DNA of 64,000 nt from Clostridiales bacterium (GTDB lineage Bacteria > Bacillota > Clostridia > Oscillospirales > CAG-272), in NCBI GenBank assembly GCA_003150035.1, contig QALR01000018.1, positions 101,259 through 165,258 on the forward strand, given 5' to 3'. A model generated the notes under the pieces. It worked only from the letters and a program-made list of their open reading frames with translations, was not told the origin of the DNA and ran no database searches. Positions 54,108-63,406 of this stretch are shown one piece after another. The stretch's first letter is position 1. Each line of letters begins with the position of its first letter. A program made the translations under genes and the position numbers.

Positions 54108-55922
54108 TCAAGCCCCGGCAGCATCATGTTCCAACATCGTCTGATAAGGCAGAAGCACAAAGACTCTTGTGCCATGTCCAGGCTCGCTTTCCACCCTGAT
54201 TTCTCCTCCGTGGGCATCAATAATCTCTTTCGCAATAGCAAGTCCGAGCCCGGTCCCGCCGGCATCAGAGGTTCTTGCTTTCTCTACCCGATAAAAACGC
54301 TCAAACAACCGCGGCACATCCTCAGGCGGGATCCCGATGCCGTCATCCGACACACATACGGCAATCCCTCCCGCGGCAGGTGCTGCAGAAAGCTCAATAT
54401 GTCCGCCGTCCGGCGTATATTTCATCGCATTGGAAAGAATATTGATGAGCACCTGCTGCAGCTTTTCCCTGTCTCCTGTGATCTCCGGCATTTTCTCCGG
54501 ATAGTGTCTGGTAAACGTATGGTTCCGATTTTTCGCCTCCACGTTCATCACGTCATAGAGATGGTCAAGAAATGCCACAGGAGAAAAGGTCTCGATTTTC
54601 CATGATATTTTTTTGTTATCCAGCCGTGAGAGGACTAAAAGATCCGCTACAATCCGCGTCATCCTGTCGCACTCCTCGACCGCCATATGAAGAAAATTGT
54701 CGCGCAGCTCGGGATCCAGAGACGGATATTCCAGAACCGTTTCCACAGCGCCCTTGATGCTTGTTAAAGGCGTCCGAAGCTCATGAGAAACATCGGCGAC
54801 AAACTCTCTACGGGAACGATCCAATTCATAGCGGCTTGTGATATCATGAATCACGCACATAATACCATTTTTTTCTTTATTGATTTCGACATATCGGAAC
54901 TCAGCAAAAGTAACGTCGAGCGCCTTGCCGCCAAACATAATATCATGTATGCAGTAGTTTCGGTTTTCCTTATAGCGTTCGGAAACCTCTTTATAATCGA
55001 TTTGGAGCAATTTTATCATGGTGGAAAAATTGAAGGTCTTGCCCTCCGGCAAATCCGTTTCCTCATAATAATGAAACAGCTCCCGTGCCGTCTTGTTGAT
55101 ATGAATGAGCCTTCCCGAGCTATCAAACGCAAGCACCGCATCGTTCAGATACATAAACAGCGTTTCAAATTTCTGCCGCTCTCCCGTCACCTCGTCCAGC
55201 GTATTCTTCAGAACAACCTTCATATTGTTAAAGGCATCCGTCAGTGTTCCGATTTCGTCGCTGGAATGAATCCGTATTTCACTTTCAAACTCTCCCTTGG
55301 CAATCTTTTGTGCACCGCGGGTCAGGCTTTGGATCGGAGCGGTAATCGCTTTGGCGAGGAAAAAGGAAAGCACGACCGCGACGGCCAGTCCGATGAAGAG
55401 CGCCTGCACGGTGATCTGAAAAATCATCGTCGCAAAAGAGCGCGCCTCTTCCTGCGAATCTCTTATATAAATGATGCAGGTGTTTTCTCCGTCCGAAAGC
55501 GGGAGCGCATAATCGATATAATCGGTCCAAAGCTGTTTGCCGGAGCCGACATTTCCCGCCATGGCGGAAATGATGTTATCGGTCCGCTCCAGCTGTTCGC
55601 CAAGCCTTGCATCTGAACCGTCGAGAAAATTCCCGTTTCTGTCGAGGATAAAATAATTTCGGTACTTGTTGATTCCAAGCGTGCTCGAATAGGAGCTCAA
55701 AATTTCACGCTGGAGCCGATACCACTCATTTTCTCCGAACGCCGAGACAAGCTCGCCGTAAAGCGTGCCGTCGGGCGAAAACGCGTCCTCCATCTCGTCG
55801 ATGAAATCATTGTTGTAAAAATGATAGGCACTCCCAATCAGGATAGCGCCGATGGCCGTCATCAGCGTAATCGTAAATATCACAAAAATCAAGATGATCT
55901 TGTAATGCAGATTTTTGTACAT
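54108..55922 (-). CDS. walK: Sensor histidine kinase, WalK/VicK-like (2 TM, extracytoplasmic domain, HAMP, PAS, HisKA, HATPase_c)
   Basis: 604 aa. H-box FVADVSHELRTPLTSI and the N, G1 and G2 boxes (GGTGLGLAIAKEI). The domain order matches WalK. Confidence 0.7.
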   Translation of the reverse strand: MYKNLHYKIILIFVIFTITLMTAIGAILIGSAYHFYNNDFIDEMEDAFSPDGTLYGELVSAFGENEWYRLQREILSSYSSTLGINKYRNYFILDRNGNFLDGSDARLGEQLERTDNIISAMAGNVGSGKQLWTDYIDYALPLSDGENTCIIYIRDSQEEARSFATMIFQITVQALFIGLAVAVVLSFFLAKAITAPIQSLTRGAQKIAKGEFESEIRIHSSDEIGTLTDAFNNMKVVLKNTLDEVTGERQKFETLFMYLNDAVLAFDSSGRLIHINKTARELFHYYEETDLPEGKTFNFSTMIKLLQIDYKEVSERYKENRNYCIHDIMFGGKALDVTFAEFRYVEINKEKNGIMCVIHDITSRYELDRSRREFVADVSHELRTPLTSIKGAVETVLEYPSLDPELRDNFLHMAVEECDRMTRIVADLLVLSRLDNKKISWKIETFSPVAFLDHLYDVMNVEAKNRNHTFTRHYPEKMPEITGDREKLQQVLINILSNAMKYTPDGGHIELSAAPAAGGIAVCVSDDGIGIPPEDVPRLFERFYRVEKARTSDAGGTGLGLAIAKEIIDAHGGEIRVESEPGHGTRVFVLLPYQTMLEHDAAGA

Positions 55923-55945
55923 CGCCGCTCTCCTTCCCGAATATT

Positions 55946-56662
55946 TTACGCCGGAATATAGTAGCCCTTCGAACGCTTGGTGAGGATATATTCCGGCTCC
56001 GCCGGAATATCCTCGATTTTCGCCCGCAGGCGGGACATGGTGACATCCACCGTCCGCATACCTCCGTAGTAGCCTTCATACCCCCAGACCTTCACAAGCA
56101 GCTCTTCCCGCTCAAACACCTCTCCCGCATGGGAAGCAAGAAAGTAAAGCAGTTCATATTCCTTGTTGGAAAGCTCAATTTCCTTGCCCTTTTTGGTCAC
56201 TCGGTAATTCTTATTGTCGATAACAAGTTCCCGGATGACGATTTTGTCCTCCTCATTTTCCGATGGCTTTACCGTTTCCACAATTTCACCGGAATATCGC
56301 CGAATATTCGCTTTGATTCGGGCAAGAAGCACCTTGATCGAAAAGGGCTTTGTTACATAATCGTCGGCACCTAGCTCAAGCCCCATCACTTTATCCGCGT
56401 CCTCCTCTTTTGCCGTTACCATAATGATCGGCGTAGAAAGGGTCCTGCGTATTTCCCTGCAAACAGAAAAGCCGTCTCGCTTCGGAAGCATAAGATCCAG
56501 AAGAATCAGGTCATAATCGCCGGAAAGTGCCATTTGCAGCCCCTCTTCCCCGTCCGAGGCAACGTCGCACTGATAGCCCGCCATCATCAGATTGACCCGA
56601 ATCACCTGAGAAATCTTTTTTTCATCCTCTACAATCAGAATCCGCTTTCTTTCGTCTGCCAT
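55946..56662 (-). CDS. walR: OmpR/PhoB-family response regulator, WalR-like
   Basis: 238 aa. ILIVEDE..D..LLDLMLP receiver domain and a winged-helix C-terminus (..LTKRSKGY). Confidence 0.75.
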   Translation of the reverse strand: MADERKRILIVEDEKKISQVIRVNLMMAGYQCDVASDGEEGLQMALSGDYDLILLDLMLPKRDGFSVCREIRRTLSTPIIMVTAKEEDADKVMGLELGADDYVTKPFSIKVLLARIKANIRRYSGEIVETVKPSENEEDKIVIRELVIDNKNYRVTKKGKEIELSNKEYELLYFLASHAGEVFEREELLVKVWGYEGYYGGMRTVDVTMSRLRAKIEDIPAEPEYILTKRSKGYYIPA

Positions 56663-56702
56663 ATTCTCCTCCGTTTCCGCCGGAAGCCGGCGATATGAAA
56701 GT

Positions 56703-56728
56703 CAAAAGTCCTTATGAGAAAAGGACCC
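56703..56728 (-). terminator. Probable terminator after the DUF3810 gene
   Basis: Reverse strand GTCCTT-ttctcat-AAGGAC-TTTTGAC: a short stem. Confidence 0.45.
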
Positions 56729-56752
56729 ATATAGGATATCGTAAAAACATTC

Positions 56753-57871
56753 TCATCCTTGCGGGGCCGAATCGCCCATCACATAGGCGACGACAAGCTC
56801 TACCACAAGTCCATAGCTCTGAATCCCTGCCGGCTGTCCGTGAGAGGTGATATAAGCGTCATTAATAGCGCCGGACACCTCGGCAGCGACATTTTCCCGA
56901 TACTTATCAAAGAATTCACTGTAAGCGGCATATTCCCGCTTCAGCTCCTCCGGCATCTGTGCATATGCCTCAGCATAAAGCGCCGAATCCGCCGCAGACA
57001 GCTTGCTCATGACCTCGTTTATCACATCGGCATAGCCGCAGTAGCGCACATAAGCGTCATCGCTCATCGTGCAAACCAGAAACGCCACAAAATTCGCCTC
57101 GTCCTCTCTTGTGATCCCGCGCTGATGCGCCATTTCATGCGCTGCCGAGCTCACCACAATAAAATCCGGATAATTGACGTTTACGTTCGCCTCGCCGGTA
57201 AAAAAGCAGTACACACCCGAGATGTGCGTATAGGTCCACGGCTCGCTCAGCATGACCGGCTTGGTCCGCGAATACAGTTTCTGGAACGACGGATACCGGT
57301 CGCACAGACGATCATAGGCGTCGTTCAGCTTCTCATTCATTTCCGTATAAGAAAAGCGCATCGCGGAATAGGTTCCCTGCGGAAAGAAAACCTCGTCAAG
57401 CTCCGCGCCTGCCGCATCAATCAAAGTGATTGCCGTTTCATAAAGCTCCTCGGCGGAGACAGCTTTCCTTTCAAGCCCAAGCTTGGCATCAATGGTCTTG
57501 CCATAATAACCCGTTCCATATCCAAAAACAAACAATGTATAAACAAGGGAAACAACAGATAAAAAGCCCGCAACATAGCGGATACCCGATACCGCCGATC
57601 TCCTGACACGCCTGGCGATAGCAATCCCAATCAATACCACCAAAATGGGAGAGGCAAGCAGAAGGAATTCTGCAAGAGAAAACGGGATGTAATTGGTAAG
57701 GTACGCAAGCGCTGAGCGGATAACAACACCGGAAGTATCATGGATAAAATCCGCGAAACCGACGCTGCCTTTTGCCACTTCCCTCACGATCAGCGCCGCG
57801 ACAAACAGGAGAAAAAACACCGCCGACCAAAGCGGCACACATTTTTTAACAAATTGCCATGCTTTTTTCAT
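56753..57871 (-). CDS. DUF3810-type membrane-anchored putative zinc metallopeptidase
   Basis: HEMAHQRG HExxH motif and N-terminal TM segments. ATG 57871 is 8 nt after GGAGG. At the track start 57910 the SD directly abuts the ATG. Confidence 0.75.
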   Translation of the reverse strand: MKKAWQFVKKCVPLWSAVFFLLFVAALIVREVAKGSVGFADFIHDTSGVVIRSALAYLTNYIPFSLAEFLLLASPILVVLIGIAIARRVRRSAVSGIRYVAGFLSVVSLVYTLFVFGYGTGYYGKTIDAKLGLERKAVSAEELYETAITLIDAAGAELDEVFFPQGTYSAMRFSYTEMNEKLNDAYDRLCDRYPSFQKLYSRTKPVMLSEPWTYTHISGVYCFFTGEANVNVNYPDFIVVSSAAHEMAHQRGITREDEANFVAFLVCTMSDDAYVRYCGYADVINEVMSKLSAADSALYAEAYAQMPEELKREYAAYSEFFDKYRENVAAEVSGAINDAYITSHGQPAGIQSYGLVVELVVAYVMGDSAPQG

Positions 57872-57985
57872 CAAGGAACCTCCGTCATGGAAATACCGGT
57901 CGCGGGACATCTCCTCGCCGGCGTATATCGATGAAGTCCCGAATCCAACTGTAAAAGAAAACGCAAAAACGGTTTTTTCGTATTT

Positions 57986-58014
57986 ATCATATCACATCAA
58001 ACACAGTTTTTCAA
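57986..58014 (-). promoter_or_regulatory. Sigma-A promoter of the DUF3810 gene
   Basis: Reverse strand TTGAAA (58014..58009), 17 nt, TATGAT (57991..57986), with TGn extension. Confidence 0.6.
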
Positions 58015-58074
58015 TAGTTTTGTCTCGGCGGTACTCACCCATGCAAATAATTATAGATAAGTACGAAAAAAAGA

Positions 58075-58103
58075 TTGAATTTATTGATATATGGTGATAT
58101 AAT
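58075..58103 (+). promoter_or_regulatory. Sigma-A promoter of radC
   Basis: TTGAAT (58075..58080), 17 nt, TATAAT (58098..58103), with TGn extension. Confidence 0.7.
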
Positions 58104-58207
58104 ATTGACAATTATTCTATCAGTCGCAATATTGCCAATATACAGCAAAGAGATAGGATTCCACGGCGGAAAGCTTCGGTGGCGTCCGTCAAAACCGCGG
58201 AGGAACT

Positions 58208-58876
58208 ATGCACGAAAATCACAGAGAACGCATGAAACACCGATTTCTTGCAGAAGGGCTTGACCATTTCGAGCCGCACAACATTCTGGAGCTGCTGCTT
58301 TTTTACGCAATCCCACAAAAAGACACCAATGAGATCGCGCACTCGCTCATGGAGCGGTTCGGCTCGCTCGCCGAGGTGTTTGACGCCTCGTATGACGATC
58401 TTGTCACGGTCCCCGGCATTAAAGAACATTCTGCTACCCTCATCAAGATGATTCCCGAACTGTCAAGGAGATACGTCATAGAGAAAAACCGCGTCACGAC
58501 CTCTCTTTCCAGCATGGAAAAAATCGGGAGATATCTTGTCGACCATTATGTCGGAATCAATGTGGAAACGGTATTCCTTCTGCTCCTTGACAATAAATTT
58601 AACCTCATTGAATGTGTGAAAATCCATGAGGGGTCTGTCAACTCCTCCGCCATTACGCTGCGGCGTCTCGTCGAAACAGCGCTTTTCAAGCGCGCTTCCA
58701 TGGTCGTGCTTGCGCACAATCACCCGTCCGGCATCACGCTGCCCTCGAGTGACGACCTATTCACAACGCGAGAGGTCAAACGCGCGTTCGATCTGATGGA
58801 AATTAAGCTTCTCGCCCACATCATCGTCGCGGGAGATTCCTATCTCGATATTCTGAAGAGCTATCCTCCAAAATAA
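58208..58876 (+). CDS. radC: RadC-like JAB-domain protein (UPF0758)
   Basis: 222 aa. N-terminal HhH region (ELLLFYAIPQKDTNEIAHSLMERFGSL) and the JAMM motif LAHNHPSG. Confidence 0.9.
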   Translation: MHENHRERMKHRFLAEGLDHFEPHNILELLLFYAIPQKDTNEIAHSLMERFGSLAEVFDASYDDLVTVPGIKEHSATLIKMIPELSRRYVIEKNRVTTSLSSMEKIGRYLVDHYVGINVETVFLLLLDNKFNLIECVKIHEGSVNSSAITLRRLVETALFKRASMVVLAHNHPSGITLPSSDDLFTTREVKRAFDLMEIKLLAHIIVAGDSYLDILKSYPPK

Positions 58877-58903
58877 AAAGCCCGTCGGAATCCGCACAGA
58901 GAC

Positions 58904-59143
58904 TCACGGCAGGTCTTTGAAAATATCCTCAAACGAAGCTTTATAAATTTCTTTCAAAGCCAATAAAATGCTGACCTTGATATTATATCGGTCACGTTCC
59001 ATCTGGGAAAGGATTTCCCTGCTGACCGAAAGACCCATGAGCTGCAGTTTGGCAGCCGCCCGTTCCTGTGTCAGCCCGGCATCAAGCCTTAACCGCTTCA
59101 GATTCTTTCCTATACCAATGTCCGGAATGATTCTGTTTGACAT
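58904..59143 (-). CDS. XRE-family helix-turn-helix transcriptional regulator
   Basis: 79 aa. The LKRLRLDAGLTQERAAAKL...S...LSQMERDR pattern is typical of HTH_XRE. Confidence 0.85.
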   Translation of the reverse strand: MSNRIIPDIGIGKNLKRLRLDAGLTQERAAAKLQLMGLSVSREILSQMERDRYNIKVSILLALKEIYKASFEDIFKDLP

Positions 59144-59263
59144 AGGCAGCTCTCCTTAAAACTCAGCATTGGTTTGCATATTGATGTTGATTTTACACTA
59201 TTTTTCGTCCATTTATGGAATCTATACATTCCACTCTATAAAATTAAAAGGAGAAATTATATA

Positions 59264-59536
59264 ATGAGCAAAAAACAAGATGAGCAATCTGCCATTCCCC
59301 AGTCGCTCTTAAATGAGATAAACAAGCTGTCCCCAGAAAAGCAAGATGCCATTCGTTTTTTAATTCAAAACATCGATATCGTGGAACAAATGTCAGAAAA
59401 GGACCCCACATTCGACTGTCATCTCAAGGAAATCCTGGAAAAGGCCAAGTCGGATGGTGATTACATATTCCAAGCACTGCTTCTCTATAAAATGATAAAA
59501 AATCAATCCCCAGAACCCGATGACAAGGAAAAATAG
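59264..59536 (+). CDS. Hypothetical small protein, divergent from the XRE gene
   Basis: 90 aa from ATG 59264, with AAAGGAGAAA SD. No family recognised. AT-rich codon usage relative to neighbouring genes. Confidence 0.55.
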   Translation: MSKKQDEQSAIPQSLLNEINKLSPEKQDAIRFLIQNIDIVEQMSEKDPTFDCHLKEILEKAKSDGDYIFQALLLYKMIKNQSPEPDDKEK

Positions 59537-59689
59537 TGCAAAGTTTTTTCTCACATACGAAATTGCGGGAAAATTTCTGCGTTGCGCGCTTACCGCGGCG
59601 TTCTAAAAAGAGGACGAAGCTTCTCTTTTAGCGTTGCCATGTTTTATATGAATTTATTATAATTAAAAGGTAAATATGAGGATACCCCC

Positions 59690-59718
59690 TTGCGAGGGAA
59701 TCTGATTTATGTTATAAT
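59690..59718 (+). promoter_or_regulatory. Sigma-A promoter of glyA
   Basis: TTGCGA (59690..59695), 17 nt, TATAAT (59713..59718). Confidence 0.65.
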
Positions 59719-59772
59719 AATTTTATTATATGGTGAAAAATACAAAAGACATATAAGGGGCGGAGGTTAAAT

Positions 59773-61017
59773 ATGGCAGACGAAACCATCAGATTTATTA
59801 CGGAGCATGACCGCGAGGTCGGCGAAGCAATGGCAGCGGAGCTTGCACGCCAGCGCCGCGGAATCGAGCTTATCGCTTCGGAAAACTTTGTTTCCGAGCC
59901 GGTCATGGCTGCAACGGGAAGCATTCTTACGAACAAATATGCCGAAGGATATCCCGGCAAGCGGTATTACGGCGGCTGCGAATGCGTCGATGTGGTGGAA
60001 AATATCGCGCGCGAGCGCGCTTGCAGGCTTTTCGGCGCCGAGCATGCAAATGTGCAGCCCCACAGCGGCGCACAGGCGAATATGGCGGTTTATTTCGCGC
60101 TTTTGAAGCCCGGCGACACCGTGCTCGGCATGAACCTTGCACACGGCGGTCATCTGACGCACGGCTCGCCCGTCAACATGTCGGGCTCTTATTTCCATTT
60201 TGTTCCTTATGGAGTAGATACAAAAACGGGCCGCATCGATTATGATAAGCTGCGTGAAATTGCCCGTGAGTCAAAACCCAAGCTTATCGTCGCCGGTGCC
60301 TCCGCCTATCCGCGAATCATCGATTTTGAAAAAATCGCGGCTGTCGCCAAAGAAGTCGGCGCATACTTCATGGTGGACATGGCACACATCGCCGGACTTG
60401 TTGCAGCGGGACTGCATCCAAATCCTGTCCCCTATGCCGACGTCGTCACCACCACCACGCACAAAACCCTGCGCGGTCCGCGCGGCGGTATGATCCTCTG
60501 CCGCGAGGAGCTCGCCAAGGCGATTGACAAAGCAATCTTCCCCGGCACACAAGGCGGTCCTCTCATGCACATCATTGCCGCCAAGGCAGTCTGCTTCGGC
60601 GAGGCACTTCGCCCCGAATTCAAAACCTATCAGCAGCAGATCCTCAAAAACGCGAAGGCACTGGAAAGATCCCTGCTTGCAGAAGGATTTGACCTTGTTT
60701 CCGGCGGAACTGACAATCACCTGCTGCTCGTCGACCTGCGTCCGATGGGGATTACAGGCAAGGAGCTTGAACACCGTCTTGATGAGGTTTATATCACCGT
60801 TAACAAAAACGCAATCCCGGACGATCCGCAAAGCCCGTTTATCACAAGCGGCATCCGCGTCGGCACACCCGCCGTCACGACAAGAGGCTTCGTAGAAGAT
60901 GACCTTGCCGCAGTCGGGCACCTCATCGGGCTGTGCGCCAAGGATTTTGAAAACAGCGCCGACGAGATTCGTGCGCAGGTAACGGCACTATGTGCGAAAT
61001 ATCCGCTTTACAGCTGA
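59773..61017 (+). CDS. glyA: Serine hydroxymethyltransferase
   Basis: 414 aa. IELIASENF and the [17 protein letters not shown]-lysine motif. Confidence 0.97.
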   Translation: MADETIRFITEHDREVGEAMAAELARQRRGIELIASENFVSEPVMAATGSILTNKYAEGYPGKRYYGGCECVDVVENIARERACRLFGAEHANVQPHSGAQANMAVYFALLKPGDTVLGMNLAHGGHLTHGSPVNMSGSYFHFVPYGVDTKTGRIDYDKLREIARESKPKLIVAGASAYPRIIDFEKIAAVAKEVGAYFMVDMAHIAGLVAAGLHPNPVPYADVVTTTTHKTLRGPRGGMILCREELAKAIDKAIFPGTQGGPLMHIIAAKAVCFGEALRPEFKTYQQQILKNAKALERSLLAEGFDLVSGGTDNHLLLVDLRPMGITGKELEHRLDEVYITVNKNAIPDDPQSPFITSGIRVGTPAVTTRGFVEDDLAAVGHLIGLCAKDFENSADEIRAQVTALCAKYPLYS

Positions 61018-61526
61018 AAATCCGGCAAAGCGCCGAGACACTTCTTTCCCGGTGCGCCGAAAATCACATCACCGTCGGCACGGCGGAAAGCTGCACGGGA
61101 GGGCTGATTGCGGCTGCCGTGACGGATATCCCCGGTGCGTCTTCCGTATTTTTGGGGGGAATTGTCTCTTATGATAACCGAGTCAAGCACGAGGTTCTGG
61201 GCGTAAAAGAGGAAACGCTGTGCGAGTTTGGCGCCGTATCCTCCGAGACGGCGGAAGAGATGGCGCTCGGCGCTGTTCGTGTCCTTGGGACCTCTCTTGC
61301 CGTCTCGGTGACAGGCATCGCCGGTCCCGGCGGCGGAACGCCGGAAAAGCCGGTCGGGACAGTCTGGCTTGCCGTGGCATCAAAAGATGGGCAGTTTGTC
61401 TGCCGTCACGAGCAATTTCGCGGAAGCCGGGACGAGATTCGAGCGCAAACAGTCGCATCCGCGCTTGATTTGCTGCTTTTTGCTGTCGAAAGCATCCGAA
61501 ATCCGCAGTCTTTTAGCATCGAATAG
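60990..61526 (+). CDS. CinA C-terminal-domain protein (nicotinamide-nucleotide amidohydrolase PncC-like)
   Basis: 178 aa. [27 protein letters not shown] and [12 protein letters not shown] motifs. The start overlaps the glyA end. Confidence 0.85.
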   Translation: MCEISALQLKIRQSAETLLSRCAENHITVGTAESCTGGLIAAAVTDIPGASSVFLGGIVSYDNRVKHEVLGVKEETLCEFGAVSSETAEEMALGAVRVLGTSLAVSVTGIAGPGGGTPEKPVGTVWLAVASKDGQFVCRHEQFRGSRDEIRAQTVASALDLLLFAVESIRNPQSFSIE

Positions 61527-61532
61527 GCTTTT

Positions 61533-61553
61533 TGTGGAAAACTCTGTGGAAAA
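61533..61553 (+). promoter_or_regulatory. Two tandem DnaA-box-like 9-mers (TGTGGAAAA) upstream of holA
   Basis: TGTGGAAAA occurs at 61533..61541 and 61545..61553. Each is one mismatch from TGTGGATAA and fits the relaxed TGTGNAWAA consensus. Confidence 0.25.
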
Positions 61554-61614
61554 TGTTGAAAATTACAAATAATTCCATTTAACCCAACGACATCTATTTT
61601 TATAGGAGGCGGTT

Positions 61615-62721
61615 ATGCCGGAAAAGCAGAGCGGTCCCATGCAGGCGGAGGCGTTTTCCGCCGGAATTGACGGCGGAATTCACGGGGCTTTCGTCTTTTT
61701 TGGAGAAGAAGATTATTTAAAAAGCTTCTGCCGGGAAAAAATCTACCGCGCTGTGATGGCAGAAGGGATGGAGATTTTCAACTATTTTCCGATCTCTTTT
61801 TCTCCCGCGTCGGGCACAAAAGAGGCCGCATTGGACAAGCTTTCCGATGCGGTAGCCGCCATACCGATGATGCAGGACAAAAAGCTTATCGTCGTCACTG
61901 ATCTTGCCCCTGCGGGGCTTTCAAAAGAGCTGTTGGAAAGCCTTTGCGAGGCGCTCTCCATGGCAAGCCATTCGGAGGATACCGTCCTCGTCCTAGATTG
62001 CCGGGCAGATGAACTTGTAGCGGACTACAAGCTCGAAGCAAGTCCCGTTTATAAAAAGCTTGCCGCCTGTGCGACAATGGTTCGCTTTGACCTTCTGACA
62101 CGAGGGAAGCTCATGGCATGGGCAAAACGCCGTTTCCGTGACGAGGGCGTTATTTTTCCCGATGAGGCGGCGGGACTGCTGTGCGATCTTGCCGCGGGTC
62201 GAATGATGAGCCTTTCCGGTGAAATTCAAAAGCTTCTTTGCTATGCGAAATTTGTAAAGGGTGGGAATCCACCGACGATAGACGAGACAGATGTAAAAAG
62301 AATCGCATCCGCTACGACACCGGATGAAATCCCGTTTGCCATGCTCACGGCCGCGCAGAGCTTTCGGCTTTCTGAGATGCTAGCCGTCTTGGATACCGCC
62401 CGCGAGCAGCGGGAGGAGCCTGTTGCAGTTTTGGCAAAGCTTTCCCGCATTTATCTGGATATGCTTCTTATCAAAGCGGCAAGAGAGAGTGGAATGTCTT
62501 CTTCGGAGATGGCAAAAGCGCTGAAAATGAAAGAGTTCCGTGTCGGGAAATATGTAGCCGCCCTCTCAAAAGTCCCGATGCGCGTTATAGAGAACGCCGT
62601 TCGGCTCGCCTATGAAACGGACAAACGCCTCAAAAGTCAGCCTTCCGACCCATGGGTGCTGCTCGATAAAATGATTGTGGAAATTTACGCGCCAAAATCG
62701 CTGCGTGTTTCCGAAGGATAG
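61615..62721 (+). CDS. holA: DNA polymerase III delta subunit
   Basis: 368 aa. N-terminal ..FVFFGEEDYLK.. clamp-loader delta pattern, and the length fits. AGGAGG SD. Confidence 0.75.
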   Translation: MPEKQSGPMQAEAFSAGIDGGIHGAFVFFGEEDYLKSFCREKIYRAVMAEGMEIFNYFPISFSPASGTKEAALDKLSDAVAAIPMMQDKKLIVVTDLAPAGLSKELLESLCEALSMASHSEDTVLVLDCRADELVADYKLEASPVYKKLAACATMVRFDLLTRGKLMAWAKRRFRDEGVIFPDEAAGLLCDLAAGRMMSLSGEIQKLLCYAKFVKGGNPPTIDETDVKRIASATTPDEIPFAMLTAAQSFRLSEMLAVLDTAREQREEPVAVLAKLSRIYLDMLLIKAARESGMSSSEMAKALKMKEFRVGKYVAALSKVPMRVIENAVRLAYETDKRLKSQPSDPWVLLDKMIVEIYAPKSLRVSEG

Positions 62722-62801
62722 GCGAGGAAGAAAACCCTTGTCCGCGCATCAGACATCGCCCCCGCCCTCGTCTCGATGCGGAAAGAGAGGATACATCTAT
62801 C

Positions 62802-63404
62802 ATGCTTGTCATTTCCAAGCCTATTATCGTAGAAGGAAAATACGATAAAATCAAGCTTTCCTCCATCGTAAAAGCCCATATTATCACAACAGATGGCTTC
62901 GGAATTTTCTCAGCAGCCGAAAAAACCGCCTTAATCCGCCGGATAGCGGAAAAGACGGGCGCCATCATCCTGACCGACAGCGACGGAGCAGGACTTGTCA
63001 TCCGCAACTATCTGAAAAGCAAAATTCCGGCAGATAAACTCATCCACCTGTATATTCCACAGATCAAGGGGCGGGAAAAACGAAAAAGCGCGCCCTCAAA
63101 AGAAGGCTATCTCGGCGTGGAGGGCACTGGAAAAGAGGCGCTTGAAAAGCTGCTCATGCCATTCGCCGATGGAAAAGAACCACCCGTACAGATGGCGCTT
63201 ACAAAATCCGATTTTTATGCGCTCGGTCTTTCCGGAGGGGCAGACAGCGCCGCACTGCGTGCGGCGCTGGAGGCGGAGCTTGACCTGCCGACAAATCTAT
63301 CCGCAAACTCTCTGCTTGCTGCGGTAAATCTGTTGATTTCAGAAAATGAATTTACCGCGGCGCTAAAAAAAGCAAGAAAACATCTGGAAACGGAGGAATC
63401 ATAG
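62802..63404 (+). CDS. Toprim-domain protein, RNase M5 (RnmV)-like
   Basis: 200 aa. IIVEGKYD and ILTDSDGAG carry the Toprim Glu and DxD motifs. Confidence 0.7.
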   Translation: MLVISKPIIVEGKYDKIKLSSIVKAHIITTDGFGIFSAAEKTALIRRIAEKTGAIILTDSDGAGLVIRNYLKSKIPADKLIHLYIPQIKGREKRKSAPSKEGYLGVEGTGKEALEKLLMPFADGKEPPVQMALTKSDFYALGLSGGADSAALRAALEAELDLPTNLSANSLLAAVNLLISENEFTAALKKARKHLETEES

Positions 63405-63406
63405 CC

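Noticed and set aside
59537-59772. Looked for a ZTP, THF or T-box leader upstream of glyA.
   Set aside because: The promoter at 59690..59718 leaves a leader of only about 50 nt. No conserved riboswitch or T-box sequence blocks were seen.
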